Shown: positions 25,834 to 32,000 of the stretch, piece by piece
How the letters are laid out: every line of letters begins with the position of its first letter
How positions within the stretch are numbered: position 1 is the stretch's first letter
Assembly: GCF_044054585.1 (NCBI RefSeq)
Contig: NZ_CP171968.1
Location: 4,484,740 to 4,516,739, forward strand
Length of the DNA: 32,000 bases
Direction: 5' to 3'
Source: Arthrobacter sp. UC242_113
GTDB lineage: Bacteria > Actinomycetota > Actinomycetes > Actinomycetales > Micrococcaceae
The notes under the pieces: generated by a model
Seen by the model: only the letters and a program-made list of their open reading frames with translations
The model's database searches: none
Told to the model about the DNA's origin: nothing
Made by a program: the position numbers and the translations under genes

Positions 25834-26483
25834 GGCCGTTCCCCTGACACATCGGCCGCAGCCTGGGCCAGGAGTTGCTCCACCGTGGCTTCCCACGACG
25901 TGAGGCCCGCGGCGGACTTGTACCGGGTGAGTGCTGCCAGGACGTCGCGGTCCAAGCGGATCCATCCGGCGTTGGGGAAGTACTGGTCCATCAGGCTCCG
26001 CCAGGCGGCGACCGGCAGCTTATACGACGCTTCGCGGTCCCACGGCACCTGTTCCACGGTGAACCCGGTCTGCCCTTTAGTGAACACGGTGCCGGAAAAC
26101 AGCAGCTCCAGCGGTATCTCGCCGTCGCGCAGGGCATGCAGGTATTTGGCGGCGGCCACATCGAAATCAAACGTGCAGGGCAGCGGGAGGTCCGCCTCGG
26201 TGCTGCCCGTGAAACCCTGCACCATGGTGCTGCACTGCATCCAGACGAACGACTTGAGCGTGGTGGGCCAGCGGCCGCGGCCGCCGAAGAGGTCCAGCAG
26301 GCCCGCCTCCTCCTCGGGCGCGTAGCCGCGGCGCTGCGGCAGGATCCTGACCTGGCAGCGCAGCGCCACGGCGTGCACCGTGGCCCCGGTGCTTTCCGTG
26401 AGCTGCAACCTGGCCGTCAGCTGCGGGGCGGCGGCGTAGGGTTCGGGCCGGATCTCCAGCACGGCGAAGGAAAGCTCAGTCAC
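25830..26483 (-). CDS. conserved hypothetical protein of the hydrogenase operon (217 aa; I recall DUF6084-type annotation, unverified)
   Basis: The GTG start overlaps the upstream stop (GTGA). Sequence MTELSFAVLEIRPEPYAAAPQLTARLQL...VALRCQVRILPQRRGY... has no recognisable catalytic or cofactor motif. Confidence 0.7.
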   Translation of the reverse strand: MTELSFAVLEIRPEPYAAAPQLTARLQLTESTGATVHAVALRCQVRILPQRRGYAPEEEAGLLDLFGGRGRWPTTLKSFVWMQCSTMVQGFTGSTEADLPLPCTFDFDVAAAKYLHALRDGEIPLELLFSGTVFTKGQTGFTVEQVPWDREASYKLPVAAWRSLMDQYFPNAGWIRLDRDVLAALTRYKSAAGLTSWEATVEQLLAQAAADVSGERP

Positions 26484-27280
26484 CGGGGGCCTCCCGTACC
26501 GGACGTATTGATGCCGGACGCCGTGCTGCCCGGTGCTGTGCGGCCCGGTGCTGTGGGGCCCGATGCCGCGCTCGCGGATGCCGGGCTGGCGGAATCTGCC
26601 GGAGCCGGAACGCTGCGCCGGGAGATCCGGTCGAAGAAGGCGGCGAGCTCATCGCGCGCCTCTTGGCCGCCGTCGAACCCCCGCCAGAGGCGGCGCAGCC
26701 GGCCAACAAGCTCGTAGCAGGCGTCCACGGGAACGAGGTGGCAGTCCGCGGCGGCCCTGCCCGGACCCGGGCCGCGGATCAGCAGCGCCTCGGTGTCCGG
26801 CGCCGCGAGGCCGAGGGCCGGGTTGTGGGCCAGCACGCCGTCCCAGGCGGCGAGAGGCAGTTCCGATTCCGTGGCCCCGGCCGGACCCGGGTAGAACGCC
26901 ACCGTGCGGCCGAGTTGGGAACTGCGGAAGAAGAACGCCAGACCCACCGGAATTTCCAGTTCGTCCCACTGCCCAGGGCCGAGATCGAAGCCGGGGAAGG
27001 AGAGGTATCGGTCCGGCACCGAGCGGTAGCGCAGATGGGCCGTCGCATCGGTGAAGAGGAGGTAGCAGGGCCGGCAGGTGCACATCATCGCGTGGCTCCC
27101 CAAGTCCACCACGTGCTGGTGTGCATCGGAAATCGGTTCGCCGCACATCTCGCAGCATTCCCCGGCGGCGGGAGCAGGCCGGTTCGCCGAAATTCGCCGC
27201 AATAAGGCCACCGGCAAGGCGCCGTTGGCCTGGCCGCTTTCCGAGCCGCGCCCTGTACCTCCTCCGTTCTCCATGTCCAT
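26480..27280 (-). CDS. conserved hypothetical Cys/His-rich protein of the hydrogenase operon (266 aa; I recall DUF5947-type annotation, unverified)
   Basis: ATG lies 1 nt after the hhyE-like stop (TGAgATG). It contains CCEMCGEPISDAHQHVVDLGSHAMMCTCRPC. It has a Ser/Ala/Pro/Thr-rich C-terminal tail. Confidence 0.7.
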   Translation of the reverse strand: MDMENGGGTGRGSESGQANGALPVALLRRISANRPAPAAGECCEMCGEPISDAHQHVVDLGSHAMMCTCRPCYLLFTDATAHLRYRSVPDRYLSFPGFDLGPGQWDELEIPVGLAFFFRSSQLGRTVAFYPGPAGATESELPLAAWDGVLAHNPALGLAAPDTEALLIRGPGPGRAAADCHLVPVDACYELVGRLRRLWRGFDGGQEARDELAAFFDRISRRSVPAPADSASPASASAASGPTAPGRTAPGSTASGINTSGTGGPR

Positions 27281-27281
27281 C

Positions 27282-28538
27282 TCAGCGGTCCTGTCCGCCG
27301 GCTGCCTGCAGTTCCGGGGCCATGCCGGGCGTCGGCGTCGGCGTGGGCTCGGCCGCCTCAGCCGCAGGTGCCGACTGCACGGACACCGCAGGCGGCACGG
27401 ACACGGCGGGCACGGGCACCGCTGCGGACACGGGCACCGCCGCAGACACTGGGGCCGGCTCCGCCGGTTCCGGTCCAGGTGCAGCGGGGACGGGTTCCAG
27501 CCCGGCCGGTGTCACCAGCGGGATTGCCTGCACCGGCGTCACGGCTGCCGGGGTTGCCGGCGGTACCGGGGCAATGGCAACCGGCAGCGGCCCGGACTGC
27601 ACGGACACCGTCGGGACCGCCACGGACATCACTCCGTTCCGGACCAGCAGCGGAAGCGGTTCCAGGTGCAGGTCCTTGTCCTCGAGGCAGGTGCCCGCCC
27701 GCCGCACGTCAAAGTGGCCGCGGCAGGTGGGGCAAGTGAGCAGGCCTCCGCCAGCCGGTGCCGCGAGGGCGCGCTGCAGCACGGCGCCGGCCATCGAACC
27801 TGTGCAGCGCGGGCAGTAGTCGCGGTACGCGTAGATGTCCTGCCCGGTCCGGCAGGCCAGCACCGCGTAGCCCCCGACCAGGAAGCCCGCCACCTCGCCG
27901 GGTTCGAGCCCGGCGATCTCCGGAACCGGTTCCCACGTGCCGCCGGACATGTCGTGCCAGGATTCTGCTGGCATGCCGCCGGCCGGATTGTTCACCCGGA
28001 CCAGCAACGAGTCCACCGGAATCAGCGCCGGGGCGCCCGGCTGCTTTTCAGCTTCGACAACGTCGATGGCCGTCACCTCGGGGGCGGCGTTCTGGATGGC
28101 CTCCTCGACGGCGTACTTGAGGGTGACGGACGACGACGGGCACCCCTGGCAGGTGCCGAGCAGCTTGAGCCGCACCACGCCGTCGGGACTGATGCCTTCG
28201 AGCTCCACGTCGCCGCCGTGGGAGCCAAGGTAGGGCCGGACACTGTCCAGCGCCGCGGCCACCCGTGCCTCCAGCGAATGGGGGTGCAGCCCGTGGATCA
28301 CCAGGAGGCCGGCCACCAGGCTGTCAGCGGTCAGCGCTTCAAGCGTGACGTCGTCGAGCTTTCCATGGGACTGCAGGATCTCCATGATCCGCTGCAGTCC
28401 CGCACCGTAAAGGTCTGTCACCTGCCGGACCAGGTCCTCGGCACGGCCGCGGGCCACCGCCCCGCCGGCGCCGAGGGCGTCAAGGAGTGTGCCGATTTGG
28501 TCGCCGTTCTGTAGTGGCGGCCGGTCCCCGGCGAGCAT
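27282..28538 (-). CDS. hhyE: NifU-like / Cys4 (Rieske-fold-like) putative iron-sulfur protein, HhyE-like, with a long Pro/Ala/Val-rich tail
   Basis: The central Nfu-type domain reads LDSVRPYLGSHGGDVELEGISPDGVVRLKLLGTCQGCPSSSVTLKYAVEEAI. A second domain has paired knuckles YCPRC...LTCPTCRGH. About 120 C-terminal residues are P/A/V low complexity. ATG lies 3 nt after the hhyL stop. The symbol follows the mycobacterial HhyE naming and is tentative. Confidence 0.75.
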   Translation of the reverse strand: MLAGDRPPLQNGDQIGTLLDALGAGGAVARGRAEDLVRQVTDLYGAGLQRIMEILQSHGKLDDVTLEALTADSLVAGLLVIHGLHPHSLEARVAAALDSVRPYLGSHGGDVELEGISPDGVVRLKLLGTCQGCPSSSVTLKYAVEEAIQNAAPEVTAIDVVEAEKQPGAPALIPVDSLLVRVNNPAGGMPAESWHDMSGGTWEPVPEIAGLEPGEVAGFLVGGYAVLACRTGQDIYAYRDYCPRCTGSMAGAVLQRALAAPAGGGLLTCPTCRGHFDVRRAGTCLEDKDLHLEPLPLLVRNGVMSVAVPTVSVQSGPLPVAIAPVPPATPAAVTPVQAIPLVTPAGLEPVPAAPGPEPAEPAPVSAAVPVSAAVPVPAVSVPPAVSVQSAPAAEAAEPTPTPTPGMAPELQAAGGQDR

Positions 28539-28541
28539 GGC

Positions 28542-30335
28542 CTACTCGCCGGTCAGGGTTTGGGTGGGGGAATGGAGCATGTCCAGCGTCTGCCCGTTGC
28601 CCAGGTACATGTGGACACCGCACGGAAGGCAGGGATCGAAGCTGCGGACGGTGCGCATGATGTCGATGCCCTTGAAGTGCTCCCGGTCGTTCTCCTCAAA
28701 GATCGGCTGCCCCTGGACCGCGTCCTCGTAGGGGCCGGAAACGCCGTTGGAGTCGGTGGGGCTGGCATTCCACGGGGTGGGCGGGTAGGGGTGGTAGTTG
28801 GCGATCTTGCCGTCGCGGATCACCATGTGGTGGGACAGGACGCCGCGGACCGCCTCGGTGAAGCCGCAGCCGATGCCTTCATCCGGGACCTCGAAGGTTT
28901 CCCACGTCTTGGTGCGTCCGGCCCGGATCTCCTCGAGGGCCTTTTCCGCGAAGTGCAGCGCAGCAGCCGCGGCGTAGGCCTGGAAGTAGGTGCGGGCGCG
29001 GTTGCGTTCGAGCGTGTTGCTCCACTGCGGGATGTTCCACTCGAATGTGACGGGCCCCTTCAGTGCGGTCTTGGGCAGGTTGAGCTGGACGCTCCTGCCG
29101 GTGGCCTTGACGTAACCGATGTCCACGAGCCCGGCGAGGGCCGTGGCCCAGAGCCGTGCGAGCGGGCCGCCGCCGGTGTCCAGGGCGAGGTTGTCCTGGC
29201 CGTCGAACCAGCGCGGGGACATGACCCAGCTGTACTTGTCTGCAAGGTCGCGCTTCTGCGGCCGCGGGTTGGTGTGCTGGTTCCACGGATGCCTGCGGTC
29301 CACCGGGTTGCCCAGCGGATCGTGGGTGACGAACATTTCCTGGTCTTCCCAGTCCTCGTAGTACGAGGAGCCGAGCATGATCCGCAGGCCCAGGTTGATG
29401 CGCACCAGGTCGGTGGTGACCAGTTTGCCGTCCACCACCACGCCCGGGGTGACGAACATCTTCCGGCCCCACTCGGTCATGTCCTTGTATTCGAAGTTGC
29501 AGTAGTCCGGGTCCTGCAGCGACCCCCAGCAGCCCAGCAGCGTCCGCCGGAGCCCCACCTGCTCATAGCCCGGCAGTGCCTCGTAGAAGAAATCGAACAG
29601 GTCGTCGTGCATCGGGACGACCTTCTTCATGAACTCGACGTAGCGCATGAGCCGGGTGAGGTAATCCGTCATCAGCTGGATTGTCGCCACCGTCCCCACA
29701 CCACCCGGATAAAGCGTGGAGGGGTGCACGTGGCGGCCCTCCATCAGGCAGAACATCTCACGGGTGGCCCGGCTGACCTGCAGGGCCTCGCGGTAGAACT
29801 CGCCGGTGAAGGGGTTCAGCGAGCGCATGATGTCGGCGATGGTCCGGTAGCCGTGGTCGGCCTCATGGGGCGCCCGGGTGTTTTCAGCCTTGGCGAGGAC
29901 ACCGGGGTTGGTCTCGGAGACCATCTTTTCGCAGTAGTCCACACCGACGAGGTTTTCCTGGAAGATGTTGTGGTCGAACATGTACTCGGCGGCTTCGCCC
30001 AGGTTGACGATCCATTCGCCGAGGTTCGGGGGCTTGACGCCGTAAGCCATGTTTTGCGTATAGCAGGAACAGGTGGCGTGGTTGTCGCCGCAGATCCCGC
30101 AGATGCGGCTGGTGATGAAGTGGGCGTCCCTTGGGTCCTTGCCTTTCATGAAGAGGGAGTAGCCACGGAAGATCGAGGAGGTGCTCTTGCATTCCACGAC
30201 CTGGTTGTTCTCGAAGTCGATCTTTGTGTAGATGCCGAGGCTGCCGACGATCCTGGTGATGGGATCCCAGTTCATTTCCACCAGGTTGTTGTTACCCGTT
30301 CCGCTTCCGGAACCCATGGGAATTGTGGACGTCAT
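28542..30335 (-). CDS. hhyL: [NiFe]-hydrogenase large subunit, group 1h/5 (high-affinity Hhy type)
   Basis: L1 motif TSRICGICGDNH and L2 motif SFDPCLPCGVH are present, followed by a 22-aa C-terminal extension (MYLGNGQTLDMLHSPTQTLTGE) expected to be removed by the endopeptidase. ATG 30335 (MTSTIPMGSGSG...) is preferred. The track extension to 30521 overlaps hhyS and is Pro/Ser-rich noise. Confidence 0.95.
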   Translation of the reverse strand: MTSTIPMGSGSGTGNNNLVEMNWDPITRIVGSLGIYTKIDFENNQVVECKSTSSIFRGYSLFMKGKDPRDAHFITSRICGICGDNHATCSCYTQNMAYGVKPPNLGEWIVNLGEAAEYMFDHNIFQENLVGVDYCEKMVSETNPGVLAKAENTRAPHEADHGYRTIADIMRSLNPFTGEFYREALQVSRATREMFCLMEGRHVHPSTLYPGGVGTVATIQLMTDYLTRLMRYVEFMKKVVPMHDDLFDFFYEALPGYEQVGLRRTLLGCWGSLQDPDYCNFEYKDMTEWGRKMFVTPGVVVDGKLVTTDLVRINLGLRIMLGSSYYEDWEDQEMFVTHDPLGNPVDRRHPWNQHTNPRPQKRDLADKYSWVMSPRWFDGQDNLALDTGGGPLARLWATALAGLVDIGYVKATGRSVQLNLPKTALKGPVTFEWNIPQWSNTLERNRARTYFQAYAAAAALHFAEKALEEIRAGRTKTWETFEVPDEGIGCGFTEAVRGVLSHHMVIRDGKIANYHPYPPTPWNASPTDSNGVSGPYEDAVQGQPIFEENDREHFKGIDIMRTVRSFDPCLPCGVHMYLGNGQTLDMLHSPTQTLTGE

Positions 30336-30363
30336 TGTCTTTGCCTGTCTGGAATTGGGTGGG

Positions 30364-31422
30364 TTACCAGGTGCGCCGGGCCCCGGTGAGGAGCTCGGGT
30401 CCGGGCCGGCGCCACTTGGGCTCCTGGTCCAGGGTGTGCGTCGTGATGCCCCGCAGGGTCCGGATGGCGGAGCCGTAGGGCCGGATGGTGCTGGTGGAAA
30501 GCTTGCCGCCGGGAGGCTCATCCATGAAGGGCATGAACTTGTCCGGGAAGCCGGGCATGGTGCAGCCGATGCAGATGCCGCCGACGTTGGGGCAGCCGCC
30601 GATGCCGTTCATCCAGCCGCGCTTGGGCACGTTGCACTTCACCACGGGGCCCCAGCAGCCGAGCTTGACGATGCACTTGGGGGACCCGTACTCGGTGGCG
30701 AAGTCGCCTTGCTCGTAGTAGCCGGCCCGGTCGCAGCCTTCATGGACCGTCTTGCCGAACAGCCACGTGGGTCGCAGTGCCTCATCCAGCGGAATCATCG
30801 GTGCCTGGCCGGTGGCCTGATAGAGCAGGTACGTCATGGTTTCGGAGAGGTTGTCAGGCTGGATCGGGCATCCGGGAACGCAGACGATGGGGATGCCGGC
30901 CTTGGACTTCCAGTCGTAGCCGAGGTAGTCCGGCACGCCCATGGCGCCGGTCGGGTTGCCGGCCATGGCGTGGATGCCGCCGTAGGTTGCGCAGGTTCCG
31001 GCGGCGATGATCGCGGTGGCCTTGGGTGCCAGGCGGTCCAGCCACTCGCTGGTGGTGATGGGCTGGCCGGTCTCGAGGTCGTTGCCGAACCCGCACCAGT
31101 AGCCGCCGGGGTCATGGAGTTTCTCGTTGGGAATGGATCCCTCGACCACCAGCACGAACGGTTCAAGTTCCCCCCGGTCCGCCTTGCGGAACCATTCCAG
31201 GAAATCGTCGGCCCCTTCCTGCGGGCCGCATTCGAAGTCGATCAGTGGCCAGTGCATGGCGATCTTCGGCAGGCCGGGCAGCGCCCCGAGGGCGATTTCT
31301 TCGACGCTCGGCTGGCTGGCCGCGGTCAGGGCGACCGAGTCGCCGTCACAACTGAGCCCTGCGTTGATCCACAGCACGTGGATGAGGGCTTCTTCGGCCT
31401 TGAGGGAAGTTTCCGTAGGCAT
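30364..31422 (-). CDS. hhyS: [NiFe]-hydrogenase small subunit, group 1h/5, no Tat signal peptide
   Basis: Fe-S ligand regions are present: LSCDGDS, GTCATYGG, CVPGCP, and KLGCWGPVVKCNVPKRGWMNGIGGCPNVGGICIGCTMPGFPD. The N-terminus MPTETSLKAEEALIHVLW lacks an RRxFxK motif. AAGAGG SD lies upstream of ATG 31422. Confidence 0.95.
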   Translation of the reverse strand: MPTETSLKAEEALIHVLWINAGLSCDGDSVALTAASQPSVEEIALGALPGLPKIAMHWPLIDFECGPQEGADDFLEWFRKADRGELEPFVLVVEGSIPNEKLHDPGGYWCGFGNDLETGQPITTSEWLDRLAPKATAIIAAGTCATYGGIHAMAGNPTGAMGVPDYLGYDWKSKAGIPIVCVPGCPIQPDNLSETMTYLLYQATGQAPMIPLDEALRPTWLFGKTVHEGCDRAGYYEQGDFATEYGSPKCIVKLGCWGPVVKCNVPKRGWMNGIGGCPNVGGICIGCTMPGFPDKFMPFMDEPPGGKLSTSTIRPYGSAIRTLRGITTHTLDQEPKWRRPGPELLTGARRTW

Positions 31423-31452
31423 CGTTGCCTCTTTCAGTGCCCCTGCCGGGGT

Positions 31453-32000
31453 TCAGTGTGCTTTTGTCAGGGCGCCGGTCAGGGGTTCTGACCCGGCTGC
31501 CCCGGAGGTTGGCGCCGCCGCTTGGGAGGTGGCGCCGTCGAGCCAGCCGTACCAGGCGGCGAGGCCTTCGCCGGTCGCGGCGGACAGCGTGAGGTATTCG
31601 GCCCGCCGATTGATCTGCCGGATGCGGCGCAGGCATTCTTCGACGTCGAAGTCGACGTAGGGGAGCAGGTCCGACTTGTTGACGATCACGAGGTCGGCTG
31701 CCATGAACATGTGCGGGTATTTCTGGGGTTTGTCATCACCTTCCGTTACCGAGACGATCACCACCTTGGCCGTTTCGCCGAGGTCAAAAAGCGCGGGGCA
31801 GACGAGGTTGCCCACATTTTCAATGAAGACCGTGGAGCCGGGCTCCGGGGCCAGCGCATCGAGGCCGTGCCGCAGCATGTCGGCATCGAGATGGCAGCCG
31901 GCTCCGGTATTGATCTGGATGACGGGGCGCCCGGTGGCGCGGATGCGGTCTGCGTCGAGGGACGTCTCCTGGTCCCCTTCGATGACACCCGCGTCCAGGC
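31453..32000 (-). CDS. hypB: hydrogenase nickel-incorporation GTPase HypB, 5' end off the window
   Basis: My translation to the right edge gives [49 protein letters not shown]...[19 protein letters not shown]...[19 protein letters not shown]...[10 protein letters not shown]. This includes the CH motif, ENVGNLVCP and NKxD. The track shows only the part from an internal Met. Confidence 0.9.
   Translation of the reverse strand, partial: LDAGVIEGDQETSLDADRIRATGRPVIQINTGAGCHLDADMLRHGLDALAPEPGSTVFIENVGNLVCPALFDLGETAKVVIVSVTEGDDKPQKYPHMFMAADLVIVNKSDLLPYVDFDVEECLRRIRQINRRAEYLTLSAATGEGLAAWYGWLDGATSQAAAPTSGAAGSEPLTGALTKAH

Noticed and set aside
25834-25965. Upstream extension of the 466-aa gene. Similar extensions occur at 15443..15886 (DUF1684), 20947..21009 (permease) and 21985..22275 (257-aa hypothetical).
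   Set aside because: Better-supported internal starts exist, based on ATGA/ATG-stop overlaps or SD sequences. The extensions overlap neighbouring genes or intergenic promoters and have non-coding-like composition.
30336-30521. 62-codon upstream extension of the hhyL ORF
   Set aside because: It overlaps the 3' end of hhyS and is Pro/Ser/Gly-rich. The conserved large-subunit N-terminus starts at MTSTIPMGSGSG..NWDPITRIVG.
1-32000. Mobile elements, prophage, defence islands, tRNA/rRNA genes
   Set aside because: I found no transposase, integrase or recombinase-like ORFs. There are no terminal inverted repeats flanking a gene block and no marked GC-content discontinuity. There are no tRNA-like cloverleaf candidates in the short intergenic regions.

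Overview
This is a high-GC (about 65-70%) actinobacterial chromosome segment. Protein similarities suggest Micrococcaceae such as Arthrobacter or Pseudarthrobacter, but that is inference only. About 32 genes are packed closely, and almost every long opposite-strand ORF in the track is a GC-driven shadow. From left to right the window holds: a 3'-truncated tgt; small conserved proteins (SRPBCC, hypothetical, NUDIX-like, VOC, YdeI-like); a secreted GH32 fructosidase; an FbpABC-like Fe(III) ABC importer whose promoter carries a near-consensus IdeR/DtxR operator; a GH76-like gene; an SDR plus acyl-CoA dehydrogenase pair; DUF1684; ppc; an unusual inverted array of 32-bp tandem repeats; and a FecBCD-type ABC importer. 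From 23129 to the right edge, a single minus-strand, translationally coupled operon encodes a group 1h/5 (Hhy, high-affinity, atmospheric-H2 type) [NiFe]-hydrogenase. Its gene order is hypB, hhyS, hhyL, a NifU/Cys4 HhyE-like gene, three conserved genes of unknown function, a 39-aa membrane microprotein, hupD, hypC and an acidic disordered protein. The items most worth follow-up are: (1) the block of uncharacterised, stop/start-overlapping genes inside the hydrogenase operon, including a dense Cys6His3 motif and the unannotated microprotein; (2) a single-base frameshift that splits the hydrogenase maturation protease; (3) the inverted 32-bp repeat arrays downstream of ppc; (4) a recurring pattern of short tandem duplications that begin in or at stop codons. 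I saw no mobile elements, CRISPR arrays, tRNA or rRNA genes. All family assignments come from motif recognition by eye, and no database search was run.
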